Positions 1 through 11,390 of a DNA stretch of 64,000 nt are shown here, in pieces. The DNA lies in the NCBI RefSeq assembly GCF_003543135.1, contig NZ_DPJG01000016.1. One strand, 5' to 3'. This DNA comes from Rheinheimera sp. (GTDB lineage Bacteria > Pseudomonadota > Gammaproteobacteria > Enterobacterales > Alteromonadaceae). The notes beneath the pieces were generated by a model. The model searched no databases. It saw only the letters and a program-made list of their open reading frames with translations, and was not told the DNA's origin. Within the stretch, counting starts at the first letter, position 1; every line of letters starts with the position of its first letter. Both the position numbers and the translations under genes were made by a program.

Positions 1-20
1 GGGCAGGAAGGGGTTAATCG

Positions 21-899
21 ATGAAAAACTTTATATTAGCTCTGTTGGCGCTGGTTGCCATTGTGGTTTACTCCTCGGTCTTTGTGGTGCAGGAAGGTGA
101 ACGCGGTATTGTGTTCCAGTTCAGCAAAATCCAGCGTGATGCTGCAGGCGCTGTGGTGGTGTTTGAACCAGGCTTACATTTTAAGCTGCCGCTGATTGAA
201 AACGTGCGCACTCTGGATGCCAAAGTGCAAACGCTGGACGATCCGGCTGACCGTTTTGTGACGGCAGAGAAAAAAGACTTACTGGTCGACAGTTACGTGA
301 AGTGGCGTATCAAAGACTTTGGTAAATATTATTTATCAACCGGCGGTCGCACTGACAGAGCAGAAAACCTGTTAAAGCAGTACATTAACAACGGTTTACG
401 CACAGAGTTTGGTACCAGAACCATTCAGCAGATCGTCTCTGGTGAGCGTACTGAACTGATGACCAAAGCGCTGGCACAGGCGGGTAAAGGTTCAGACGAG
501 CTGGGTATTGAAATTCTGGACGTGCGGGTGAAGAAAATTAACCTGCCGGATGAAATCAGTAACAACATTTTCCAGCGGATGCGTGCTGAGCGAACCGCTG
601 TTGCCAAAGAGCACCGCGCCCGTGGTATGGAGCAGGCGGAAATTATCCGTGCCGACGTGGACGCCCGTGTCACTGTTATGGTGGCCGAAGCGGAGCGGAA
701 TTCACGCACCACCCGCGGTGAAGGTGACGCTCTGGCGGCAAAAGTGTATGCTGAAGCTTATAACAAAAACGCTGAATTTTTCAGTTTTGTCAGAAGCTTA
801 GAAGCCTATAACCGTAGCTTTAACAGCAAATCTGATGTGCTGGTGGTTCAGCCAGACAGTGATTTCTTCCAGTATATGAAGTCACAACAGAAAAACTGA
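21..899 (+). CDS. hflC: Protease modulator HflC (SPFH domain)
   Basis: N-terminal TM followed by FKLPLIENVRTLDAKVQTLD and FYxFVRSLEAY motifs; sits upstream of yjeT-purA as in the hflKC operon. Confidence 0.97.
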   Translation: MKNFILALLALVAIVVYSSVFVVQEGERGIVFQFSKIQRDAAGAVVVFEPGLHFKLPLIENVRTLDAKVQTLDDPADRFVTAEKKDLLVDSYVKWRIKDFGKYYLSTGGRTDRAENLLKQYINNGLRTEFGTRTIQQIVSGERTELMTKALAQAGKGSDELGIEILDVRVKKINLPDEISNNIFQRMRAERTAVAKEHRARGMEQAEIIRADVDARVTVMVAEAERNSRTTRGEGDALAAKVYAEAYNKNAEFFSFVRSLEAYNRSFNSKSDVLVVQPDSDFFQYMKSQQKN

Positions 900-914
900 G
901 ACTGAGCTCAAAAC

Positions 915-939
915 AAAGGCGCCTGAGGGCGCCTTTTTT
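915..939 (+). terminator. Rho-independent terminator after hflC
   Basis: AAAGGCGCC-tgag-GGCGCCTTTTTT. Confidence 0.85.
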
Positions 940-1004
940 GTTATAAAAAGCAGAGATTGCTAAAAAAGCCTTAGCGCAAATAGAGCCGGTGAGCGGAGCA
1001 GGAC

Positions 1005-2180
1005 ATGAGTTATAAAAAATATTATCAGGGCTTTTTAACCGCCAATGCCAAAGTGCAGCACTTTGCCTGCCATTCCCATCATTATTGGCCGGATGTTACC
1101 CGGGCTGCCGCTTTGCAATATTGGGACGATAGCGCCCGGCTGGTTGATGACAAGTGGGACTATATCTTTGGCGAAAAAGTCCCCAAAGTGCAAAAGCAGA
1201 TAGCTGGCATCTTAAAGCTGCAAAAGCCTGAGCAGCTGGTGTTTGCCCCTAACACTCATGAATTGTTATTCCGGTTATTAAGTTGTTTTGACTGGAACAA
1301 ACCGGTCAGAATTTTAACCACCGACAGCGAGTTTCACAGTTTCAGCCGGCAAATTAAACGTCTGGCAGAACTGCCCCAGATTGAACTGGTACAGGTGCAA
1401 ACCCTGCCTTTTGCCGATTTCACCACACGTTTTGCTGAAGCTGCAAAGAAGCTGCAGCCAGATTTAGTATTTTGCAGTCAGGTATTTTTTAACTCAGGTT
1501 TGGCTATCGCTGATTTGACCGCTTTTGTGACGTCGATAGCTGCAGTTTGCCAGGCCACTATTGCCATTGATGGTTATCATGGTTTTATGGCCTTGCCAAC
1601 CAATCTCAGCGAGCTTGAAGGGCGGATTTTTTATCTGGCAGGCTCGTACAAATATGCCCAGGGGGGTGAGGGCTGTTGTTTTATGCTGGTACCGCAAAAC
1701 AATGGGTTGCGCCCGCTTTACACCGGCTGGTTTGCCGAGTTTGGCACTTTAGCCGCAGCTAAAACCAGTCAGGTGCAATACAGCAAAGACGGTTATCAGT
1801 TTGCCGGCGCTACGATGGATTTTTCGGCTTTGTACCGGCTCGAAGCTGTGCTGGATTTATATCATGCCGAAGGCATCAGCGTGGCAAAGGTGCATCAGCA
1901 TGTGCAGCAGTTACAACAGGCTTTTTTAGCAGAGTTAAAAGCACAACAACATCCGTTATTAAACGAACAAAAGCTGCTTTGTGCTGACTTGCAAAACCAC
2001 GGTCATTTTTTCACTTTTATGCTGGATGATGCGGCGAAAGTGGCTGAGTTATCGGCTTATTTAAAACAACATGGCATTCACACGGACTACCGGGGCGACA
2101 GACTGCGTTTTGGTTTTGCCCTTTATCATGATGCCAGCGATTATGATTTATCTTGTCTGAGCCTGCGAAGAGGTGAGTGA
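1005..2180 (+). CDS. PLP-dependent aminotransferase class V / kynureninase-like enzyme
   Basis: DGYH (PLP Asp) and GSYKYAQGGEG (PLP Lys) motifs; 391 aa; stop overlaps the yjeT start. Confidence 0.8.
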   Translation: MSYKKYYQGFLTANAKVQHFACHSHHYWPDVTRAAALQYWDDSARLVDDKWDYIFGEKVPKVQKQIAGILKLQKPEQLVFAPNTHELLFRLLSCFDWNKPVRILTTDSEFHSFSRQIKRLAELPQIELVQVQTLPFADFTTRFAEAAKKLQPDLVFCSQVFFNSGLAIADLTAFVTSIAAVCQATIAIDGYHGFMALPTNLSELEGRIFYLAGSYKYAQGGEGCCFMLVPQNNGLRPLYTGWFAEFGTLAAAKTSQVQYSKDGYQFAGATMDFSALYRLEAVLDLYHAEGISVAKVHQHVQQLQQAFLAELKAQQHPLLNEQKLLCADLQNHGHFFTFMLDDAAKVAELSAYLKQHGIHTDYRGDRLRFGFALYHDASDYDLSCLSLRRGE

Positions 2181-2362
2181 TGGACATTTTCTGGCAATCA
2201 ATAGCGCTGGTGTTGTTGCTTGAAGGCATAGGCCCTTTGTTGTTTCCAAATAAATGGCGTTGGTATTTGCGCAAACTCAGTGAAGAGCCGGTGTCAGGTT
2301 TGCGTCAGGTGGGTGCTGTGCTTTGTGGTATGGCCGGGGTGATTTACCTGTTTTTAGTCTGA
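2177..2362 (+). CDS. yjeT: DUF2065 family small membrane protein (YjeT)
   Basis: ALVLLLEGIGPLLFP...LRQVG motif; conserved position upstream of purA. Confidence 0.9.
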   Translation: MMDIFWQSIALVLLLEGIGPLLFPNKWRWYLRKLSEEPVSGLRQVGAVLCGMAGVIYLFLV

Positions 2363-2488
2363 AAGCAAAGAAGTTTAGACGTCTTTTGATAAAAACTATC
2401 CTGTGAATCTTGAATGAATTCAACCAGCTGAAAAATCAGCTGGTTTTTTTTTACCCTTGCGGCTGAACTTTGCGTTTTATTTTGGTAG

Positions 2489-3820
<1,332 letters not shown>

Positions 3821-3835
3821 GCAATAGATGATGTG

Positions 3836-3865
3836 AAAAAACGCTGCCTGGTGCAGCGTTTTTTT
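3836..3865 (+). terminator. Terminator after purA
   Basis: AAAAAACGCTGC-ctggt-GCAGCGTTTTTTT. Confidence 0.85.
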
Positions 3866-3903
3866 ATGCGTCGCGGTTTTCTGTGGTGCAATCTATAATT
3901 TCC

Positions 3904-3931
3904 CTACAGAAATAGACTGTCTGGCCGATAT
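3904..3931 (+). promoter_or_regulatory. Sigma28 (FliA)-type promoter for motX
   Basis: CTACAG-N14-GCCGATAT against consensus CTAAAG-N14-GCCGATAA; motX is a sigma28 gene in Vibrio. Confidence 0.65.
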
Positions 3932-4005
3932 AACTAACAGTGCCTGTAGTACCTGCAGTGGGCATTTGATTTATCCGGTATCCGTATCTGAATTTGGGGT
4001 TGTAA

Positions 4006-4632
4006 ATGCGCAGATTAGCCGTTTTAGCTATTGTGTTGTTCTGGTGCAGTCCTGTTGCACTGGCACAGGTCAGCACTACCGAACTGCAGGTCGTTCAGCT
4101 TTATACACAGGATGAACTACTGCAACTGATCCGGCAAAACCAACATTTAAAACGGGTAAAAGCCGACGACTGCCAGCTGGTCAAAGATATTGAAGCCCGC
4201 GCTGATATTATGAAGTTACCCTCTTATCAGTTTTTATTTGGTGACATGCTGGCTTATGGCGTTTGTGTACCGCTGAATGTGGAGCGGGGCTGGGATTTAA
4301 TGTTGTCAGCCGCCAATCAGGGCCTGCCCGAAGCGCTTGAGCAAATTGGCCGTTATTATCAGCAGGGCAAATTTGTGCAAAAAGATTTAACCAAAGCCCA
4401 GCATTATCTGTTTGAAGCCGGCAGTATGGGTAACCTGAATGCGCAAGTCAGGCTTGCCGAATTATTACTGGCCGGTGTTGGCAGCCCGGTTGATTATGAA
4501 ACCGTCTACCGCTGGCTGCACCATTCGGTCACAGCAGATAAAAATATGCATCAGCGTATTCAAAAAGCACTGGCTGGCCTTGGCGGCAAAATGCCGGGTG
4601 CAGTGCTTGCCAGAGCCAGACAGCCGCTCTAA
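4006..4632 (+). CDS. motX: Sodium-type polar flagellar motor protein MotX (Sel1/TPR repeats)
   Basis: Signal peptide; YTQDELLxLI..HLKRVKADDCQLVxDIEARA and PSYQFLFGDMLAYGVCV; purA-motX-rnr synteny. Confidence 0.9.
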   Translation: MRRLAVLAIVLFWCSPVALAQVSTTELQVVQLYTQDELLQLIRQNQHLKRVKADDCQLVKDIEARADIMKLPSYQFLFGDMLAYGVCVPLNVERGWDLMLSAANQGLPEALEQIGRYYQQGKFVQKDLTKAQHYLFEAGSMGNLNAQVRLAELLLAGVGSPVDYETVYRWLHHSVTADKNMHQRIQKALAGLGGKMPGAVLARARQPL

Positions 4633-4733
4633 CCACAGCCTTTAGATTGTTTTGTTGCTTAAATGAACAGCAACAGTGAAAAAACAGCAGGAGGCTGTTA
4701 CACTTGCCGCAGTTTTAGTAATGAAGAGAATCC

Positions 4734-7136
4734 ATGACGATCAAAGATCCGCATCTTGCGCGTGAGCAAGAAAAATATGAAAACCCCATTCCAAGCCGCG
4801 AATTTATCCTCGAGCACATCAAACAGCGTCAGCAGCCTGCCTACTTCGAAGAGTTAGTTTCTGAATTAAAACTGGAAGGTGAAGAGCATTTATTTGCGCT
4901 GAAAAAACGTTTGCGGGCTATGGAACGCGACGGCCAGTTGTTATTTACCAAGACCAAACGTTATGGCCTGGTCGATGATTTAGATTTGGTCAAAGGTACT
5001 GTGATTGGTCACCGTGATGGTTTTGGCTTTTTAAAGCTGGAACAAGGCGGGCCGGATTGGTACATCCAGAATTTTGATATGCAGCGCCTGTTACACGGCG
5101 ATGTAGTGTTGGCCAGTGCCGGCGAGATCAAAGGCAAAGACAAAATTGAAGCCCGGATAGTGCGGGTATTAAAACCCCGTACTGAGCCTATTGTCGGCCG
5201 TTATTTTAAAGATTTTGCCCTTGCTGTGGTGGTGCCTGAAGATCCGCGTATTACCCAGGATATTGTCATTCCGGCCGGCGAAGAAGGCGCGGCGCGCCAT
5301 GGCCAGATAGTGCTGGCAGAAGTGACTCAGCGTCCGTCCAAGCGGGTGAATGCGGTGGGTAAAGTAATTGAAGTGCTGGGTGATCATATGGCGCCTGGTA
5401 TGGAGATTGAAGTCGCTATCCGCAACCATCAGTTACCCCATAAGTTTTCAGAAGCGGTAGAAAAACAAGTTGCAGCTTATGGCAAAGAAGTGCCGGAAGA
5501 GGCCAAAGCAGGTCGGGTTGATTTAACTGAATTAGGGTTATTAACCATAGACGGTGAAGACGCCCGCGACTTTGACGATGCCGTTTATTGTGAACGTAAA
5601 GAAGATGGCGGCTGGCATTTATGGGTGGCTATTGCCGACGTGACTGCTTATGTGTTGCCTGACACGCCACTGGACAGAGAAGCGCTGGATCGGGGGAACT
5701 CAGTGTATTTCCCGGATCATGTGCTGCCGATGTTGCCGGAAGTGCTGTCTAACGGTTTATGTTCACTGAATCCGCACACCGATCGCTTATGTTTTGTCGC
5801 CGAAATGCATATCAGCCCACAGGGCAAACTGGGCAGCTCAAAGTTTTATGAAGCTGTGATGCACTCCAAAGCACGGCTGACGTACAACAAAGTACACGCC
5901 ATTTTGCAGGGGGACCCGGAGCTTCGGCAACAATACGAAAGTAATCTGACGAATCTGGACAACCTGTATTCGCTGTATAAACAAATGGCGAAGGTGCGGG
6001 CGTTACGTGGCGCCATTGAATTTGAAACTGTGGAAACCCGTTTTATTTTTAACAGTCACCGCAAGATTGAACAAATAGTGCCGGTGCATCGTAACGAAGC
6101 GCATAAAATCATTGAAGAATGTATGATTCTGGCCAACGTTGCTTCGGCAAAATTAGTGGAAAAAGCCGAAGCTGCCGCTTTGTACCGGGTGCATGAACAA
6201 CCCGACTCAGACCGTTTTGCCAACTTTAAACGTTTCCTGGCCGAACTGGGTATCAGTGCCGATTTACCGCAAGAGCCAACACCACTGGAGCTGATGCATT
6301 TATTGCAAAAACTGCAGGACAGGCCGGATAAAGAACTGATAGAAACCACCATGTTGCGTTCAATGAAACAAGCGGTGTATCAACCGGAAAATCTGGGACA
6401 CTTTGGTCTGGCGCTGGAAGCTTATGCCCATTTTACCTCGCCAATCCGCCGTTACCCGGACTTGTTATTGCACAGAGTGATTAAATCTGTGTTGAAAAAA
6501 CAAGGTGAGCACACCACAGGCGCGCGCTCTTATACACCGGAGCAAATGGTGCCGCTGGGTGAACAATGTTCGATGACAGAGCGCCGCGCCGATGACGCCA
6601 CCCGTGAAGTGTCGGACTGGCTCAAATGTGAATATATGCAGGACCATATTGGTGCTGAATTCCCGGGCGTTGTATCCACTGTTACCAACTTCGGCTTGTT
6701 TGTGCGCTTAAGTGACCTTTATATCGAAGGTTTGGTGCATGTTACTTCACTGCCCAATGACTATTACCACTTTGATGTGGAACGTCAGGTACTGCTGGGC
6801 GAGCACAGCAATCAGAGTTACCGCATGGGGGATTTGATCACAGTCAAAGTGCTGGCGGTCAATCTGGAAGCGCGCAAAATTGATTTGGGCGTGGCCGGTG
6901 CGCCCCGTCATGCCGGTAAACGTAAAGTGTCGGCGGCGGATATCAAAGGCAGTGAAAACAGCCAAAAAGGTTTTAGCCAGAAAAAAGGCCGTGCTGTGGC
7001 CGATCCAACGGCAAGACCAGGTAAAACCAAAGCCGGGCGCAGTGGCAGTAAAAGCAAAACCGGCAGTAAAAAAGTCGCGGGTTCTGCTGCCAAAGCCGGT
7101 AGTGGCAAGCCAAAGGCGCCGCGCAAACGCAAATAG
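4734..7136 (+). CDS. rnr: Ribonuclease R
   Basis: TIDGEDARDFDDA, YAHFTSPIRRYPDL, S1 domain and Lys-rich tail. Confidence 0.98.
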   Translation: MTIKDPHLAREQEKYENPIPSREFILEHIKQRQQPAYFEELVSELKLEGEEHLFALKKRLRAMERDGQLLFTKTKRYGLVDDLDLVKGTVIGHRDGFGFLKLEQGGPDWYIQNFDMQRLLHGDVVLASAGEIKGKDKIEARIVRVLKPRTEPIVGRYFKDFALAVVVPEDPRITQDIVIPAGEEGAARHGQIVLAEVTQRPSKRVNAVGKVIEVLGDHMAPGMEIEVAIRNHQLPHKFSEAVEKQVAAYGKEVPEEAKAGRVDLTELGLLTIDGEDARDFDDAVYCERKEDGGWHLWVAIADVTAYVLPDTPLDREALDRGNSVYFPDHVLPMLPEVLSNGLCSLNPHTDRLCFVAEMHISPQGKLGSSKFYEAVMHSKARLTYNKVHAILQGDPELRQQYESNLTNLDNLYSLYKQMAKVRALRGAIEFETVETRFIFNSHRKIEQIVPVHRNEAHKIIEECMILANVASAKLVEKAEAAALYRVHEQPDSDRFANFKRFLAELGISADLPQEPTPLELMHLLQKLQDRPDKELIETTMLRSMKQAVYQPENLGHFGLALEAYAHFTSPIRRYPDLLLHRVIKSVLKKQGEHTTGARSYTPEQMVPLGEQCSMTERRADDATREVSDWLKCEYMQDHIGAEFPGVVSTVTNFGLFVRLSDLYIEGLVHVTSLPNDYYHFDVERQVLLGEHSNQSYRMGDLITVKVLAVNLEARKIDLGVAGAPRHAGKRKVSAADIKGSENSQKGFSQKKGRAVADPTARPGKTKAGRSGSKSKTGSKKVAGSAAKAGSGKPKAPRKRK

Positions 7137-7299
7137 TGGCTTGCGTAGCCGCTGAAAACCATTGCCGCTGATGTGAGCGGCAATGACGCTCGGCCGGCAC
7201 TTTGCTACACTAGCCACACTTTATCTGAACGCCTGGTTTTGCCAGGCGTTCGTTTTTACTTTTGTTGCAGTCTGGGCTGCAACCATGCAGGAATTGTTT

Positions 7300-8040
7300 A
7301 TGAGCACAGATTATGTTTTTGGGATCCACGCGGTCAGCGCTTTTATGGAAAGAGCCCCGGAAGATGTGCTGGAATTGTTTGTACTCAAAGACCGGGAAGA
7401 TCAACGCATGCAGCCGGTGATCCAGCTGGCGCGTAAGTCTGGCGTGTCAGTGCAGTTTTGTAACCGTAAAACGCTGGATGAAAAAGTCAACGGCGCTCAG
7501 CACCAAGGGGTTGTGGCCAAAGCGCGTTTACATGATGCCGGAGATGAATCTGACTTAGCCCGCATTGTAGAGCGCGAAACTGCGCCATTTTTGCTGATTT
7601 TAGATGGCATCACCGACCCGCATAACTTAGGCGCCATTTTACGTTCTGCTGATGCTGCCGGTGTGCATGCGGTGATAGCGCCCAAAGACCGTTCAGTGAA
7701 GCTGACTGCAGTGGTGCGTAAAGTAGCCTGTGGTGCTGCTGAGTCTGTGCCTTTTATTAACGTGACCAACTTAGCCCGTACTATCCGCCAGTTACAGGAC
7801 GCCGGTGTCTGGGTGCTGGGCGCTGCAGGTGAAACAGAAACCACTATTTATCAGGCTGAGCTTACAGGCCCGATAGCACTGGCGATGGGCGCTGAAGGTG
7901 ATGGTCTGCGCCGTTTAACTAAAGAATCTTGTGATTCTCTGGTGAAAATCCCGATGTTCGGTGCAGTTTCGAGCTTAAACGTCTCTGTTGCCACCGGTAT
8001 TTGTTTATACGAAGCGGTGCGTCAGCGTCAGGCTAAATAA
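7300..8040 (+). CDS. rlmB: 23S rRNA (G2251-2'-O)-methyltransferase
   Basis: Start moved to MSTDYVFGIHAV (ATG 7300); DPHNLGAILRSADAAG and SLNVSVATGICLYE SPOUT motifs; follows rnr. Confidence 0.96.
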   Translation: MSTDYVFGIHAVSAFMERAPEDVLELFVLKDREDQRMQPVIQLARKSGVSVQFCNRKTLDEKVNGAQHQGVVAKARLHDAGDESDLARIVERETAPFLLILDGITDPHNLGAILRSADAAGVHAVIAPKDRSVKLTAVVRKVACGAAESVPFINVTNLARTIRQLQDAGVWVLGAAGETETTIYQAELTGPIALAMGAEGDGLRRLTKESCDSLVKIPMFGAVSSLNVSVATGICLYEAVRQRQAK

Positions 8041-8116
8041 TTTTTAGCTGGCAGTTTTTGTCAGCCTTAGTTGTGTTGCAACAACACTCTTTATAAAACA
8101 GGTCAAGAAAACTCCC

Positions 8117-8159
8117 CGATAAAACCACGGAAATCCGCTGATTTTCCGTGGTTTTATCG
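8117..8159. terminator. Perfect 17 bp inverted repeat, probable terminator for rnr-rlmB
   Basis: CGATAAAACCACGGAAA-N9-TTTCCGTGGTTTTATCG. Confidence 0.6.
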
Positions 8160-8193
8160 TTCAGAGATATCTTCAGTAAAACTCATTCTCTGC

Positions 8194-8222
8194 TTGTTTT
8201 TAGCGCATTGAGTCCGTAGAAT
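8194..8222 (+). promoter_or_regulatory. Sigma70 promoter of the rpsF operon
   Basis: TTGTTT-N17-TAGAAT followed by GC-rich discriminator ACGCACCC. Confidence 0.6.
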
Positions 8223-8248
8223 ACGCACCCTTCGACCGTTCAACTAAC

Positions 8249-8312
8249 GTTCCTTGCCTCTATGCGAGTCTGGTCGAGCTCACCCGAGGCTAACTAACCG
8301 TAAGGAGCTACC
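8249..8312 (+). promoter_or_regulatory. S6:S18 autoregulatory mRNA leader
   Basis: TTCCTTGCCTC...GAGGC..CCG-TAAGGAG: the stem pairs with the SD sequence, with a CCG motif just 5' of it, directly upstream of rpsF. Confidence 0.75.
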
Positions 8313-8690
8313 ATGCGTCATTACGAAATCGTGTTTATGGTTCACCCGGATCAGAGTGAACAAGTACCAGGTATGATCGAACGTTATACAGGTGCGATTA
8401 AAGAAGCGGGTGGTTCTATCCACCGTCTGGAAGACTGGGGCCGTCGTCAACTGGCTTACCCAATCGAGAAACTGCACAAAGCGCACTATGTTCTGATGAA
8501 CGTTGAAGCGCCACAGTCAGTGATCGATGAACTGGAAACTAACTTCCGTTTCAACGACGCAGTTCTGCGTAACCTGATCATGCGCACTAACGGTGCTGTG
8601 ACTGAGCCATCACCAATGGCCAAGGTACGTGACGAACGTCGTGAACGTGCTCCGCGTGATGCTGACGAGCAGGTTGCAAACGACGAGTAA
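8313..8690 (+). CDS. rpsF: 30S ribosomal protein S6
   Basis: [25 protein letters not shown]. Confidence 0.99.
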   Translation: MRHYEIVFMVHPDQSEQVPGMIERYTGAIKEAGGSIHRLEDWGRRQLAYPIEKLHKAHYVLMNVEAPQSVIDELETNFRFNDAVLRNLIMRTNGAVTEPSPMAKVRDERRERAPRDADEQVANDE

Positions 8691-8696
8691 TTGCTG

Positions 8697-9237
<541 letters not shown>

Positions 9238-9270
9238 GCCTGGTTCAACCGATACAGAGAGGATTAAACA

Positions 9271-9723
9271 ATGGATATCATTCTGTTGGATAAAGTTGCT
9301 AACCTGGGTGGTTTAGGCGACAAAGTAGTTGTTAAATCTGGTTATGCCCGTAACTTCTTATTCCCACAAGGAAAAGCAGTTCCAGCAACCAAAGCTAACC
9401 TGGAAAAATTCGAAGCACGCCGTGCAGAGTTAGAAGCCAAACTGGCTGCTAACCTGGCTGCTGCTCAAGACCGTGCTGCTAAAGTAGCTGAACTGGCTGA
9501 AGTAACTATCGCTGCAAAAGCGGGTGACGAAGGCAAACTGTTCGGTTCTATCGGTACCCGTGATATCGCTGACGCTATCACTGAAGCCGGTGTAGCTGTA
9601 TCTAAGGCCGAAGTTAAATTACCAAATGGCACTCTGCGTGACACTGGTACTTTCGACATCGCCCTGCAATTACACGCTGAAGTCACTGCAACCATCAAAC
9701 TGGTTGTAGTAGCAGAAGCTTAA
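9271..9723 (+). CDS. rplI: 50S ribosomal protein L9
   Basis: [22 protein letters not shown] and GKLFGSIG. Confidence 0.99.
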   Translation: MDIILLDKVANLGGLGDKVVVKSGYARNFLFPQGKAVPATKANLEKFEARRAELEAKLAANLAAAQDRAAKVAELAEVTIAAKAGDEGKLFGSIGTRDIADAITEAGVAVSKAEVKLPNGTLRDTGTFDIALQLHAEVTATIKLVVVAEA

Positions 9724-9732
9724 TTGCTTATT

Positions 9733-9758
9733 CAGGCACAGTGTTCGCACTGTGCCTG
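9733..9758 (+). terminator. Stable hairpin after rplI (UUCG loop, no U tail)
   Basis: CAGGCACAGTG-ttcg-CACTGTGCCTG. Confidence 0.55.
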
Positions 9759-9956
9759 GATCTCTCTCCTCGTGTTCACTGCGTTAGCAGCATTATTTTT
9801 CTTCATTTTCCGATCGTTTCTGCCTTAAAAAATATCTGCCAACTTTATTCTTTTTCCAACTGCTTCGGTTTCGGAAAAATGCTAGGCTATGGCGCAACTG
9901 AACCTCATTCTGGTGTTGGCCGTTTTGGTCAACCTTAAGCAATAAACTCCGGTGTT

Positions 9957-11390
9957 ATGGCAAATCCAAAAGAAAAATTTTCAAAAGATAAATATCAAAA
10001 AGATAAATATCCGCAGGACAGCCAGCTGGCCGCCGTAAAAATGCCGCCACACTCTATTGAAGCTGAGCAGTCGGTATTGGGCGGCTTGATGCTGGACAAT
10101 AACGCCTGGGACAGAGTGGCTGAAAAAGTGGTCGAGCACGATTTTTATCTGCGTGCGCATAAGTATATTTTTCAGGCCATGACCAGCATAGCCGAAGCCA
10201 ACCAGCCGATTGACTTAATTACCGTTTCCGAATGGCTGGAGCGCAACCAACTGCTGGACGATGTGGGTGGTTTTGCCTATTTAGGTGAAATTGCCAAAAA
10301 CACGCCAAGTGCTGCCAATATTCTGGCTTATGCCGACATAGTGCGTGAGCGTGCTGTGGTGCGCGATATGATAGCGGTGGCGCATGATATTGCTGACGCC
10401 GGTTATGACCCGCAAGGCCGCGACAGCGCTCAGCTGCTGGACTTTGCTGAAACCAAAGTATTTAAAATTGCCGAGCAGCGTGCCAACGCCAATGAAGGCC
10501 CTGAAGCTATCCACAGTATTCTGGCCAAAACCATTGATAAAATTGATGAATTATTCCGTAACCCAAGTTCAGGTGGCATCACGGGGGTGTCTACCGGTTA
10601 TACCGATTTGGACAAAATGACCAACGGTATGCAGCCGTCAGATTTGATTATTGTTGCTGCCCGTCCTTCGATGGGTAAAACCACTTTTGCGATGAACCTC
10701 TGTGAACATGCAGCCATGAGCAGCGATAAGCCGGTGCTTATTTTTAGTTTAGAGATGCCGTCCGAACAAATTATGATGAGGATGCTGGCATCTTTAGGCC
10801 GCATTGATCAAACCAAAGTACGGACAGGTCAGCTTGATGATGAAGATTGGGCGCGGTTATCCTCAGCCATCGAACTGTTAAACAGCAAAGGCAAGATGTA
10901 TATCGACGACGCATCCGGCCTGACTCCCACCGAGGTGCGCTCGCGTGCGCGGCGTATTGCCCGTGAGCATGGCGGCCTTTCGATGATTATGGTGGACTAT
11001 CTGCAGCTGATGACAGTGCCAGGTCTTTCCGAAAACCGGACTCTGGAGATTGCCGAAATTTCCCGTTCACTCAAAGCGCTGGCTAAAGAGTTAAAAGTGC
11101 CGGTGATTGCGTTGTCGCAGTTAAACCGTTCATTGGAGCAAAGGGCGGATAAAAGGCCGGTGAACTCAGATTTGCGTGAGTCTGGTTCTATCGAACAGGA
11201 CGCCGACCTTATTATGTTTATCTACCGCGACGAAGTGTATAACGAAGACAGCCCGGACAAAGGTACAGCGGAAGTGATTATCGGTAAGCAGCGGAACGGC
11301 CCAATAGGTCGGGTGCGGCTGACTTTCCATGGCCGTTATTCCCGTTTTGATAATTACGCAGGCTCTGCCCGGTTTGAGGATGAGTATTAA
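9957..11390 (+). CDS. dnaB: Replicative DNA helicase
   Basis: PPHSIEAEQ, ARPSMGKT (Walker A) and DLRESGSIEQDAD; 477 aa, no intein. Confidence 0.99.
   Translation: MANPKEKFSKDKYQKDKYPQDSQLAAVKMPPHSIEAEQSVLGGLMLDNNAWDRVAEKVVEHDFYLRAHKYIFQAMTSIAEANQPIDLITVSEWLERNQLLDDVGGFAYLGEIAKNTPSAANILAYADIVRERAVVRDMIAVAHDIADAGYDPQGRDSAQLLDFAETKVFKIAEQRANANEGPEAIHSILAKTIDKIDELFRNPSSGGITGVSTGYTDLDKMTNGMQPSDLIIVAARPSMGKTTFAMNLCEHAAMSSDKPVLIFSLEMPSEQIMMRMLASLGRIDQTKVRTGQLDDEDWARLSSAIELLNSKGKMYIDDASGLTPTEVRSRARRIAREHGGLSMIMVDYLQLMTVPGLSENRTLEIAEISRSLKALAKELKVPVIALSQLNRSLEQRADKRPVNSDLRESGSIEQDADLIMFIYRDEVYNEDSPDKGTAEVIIGKQRNGPIGRVRLTFHGRYSRFDNYAGSARFEDEY

Noticed and set aside
9957-11390. Intein in DnaB; 15 bp tandem repeat near the 5' end
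   Set aside because: The protein is normal length with contiguous motifs. The KDKY duplication lies in a variable N-terminal tail.
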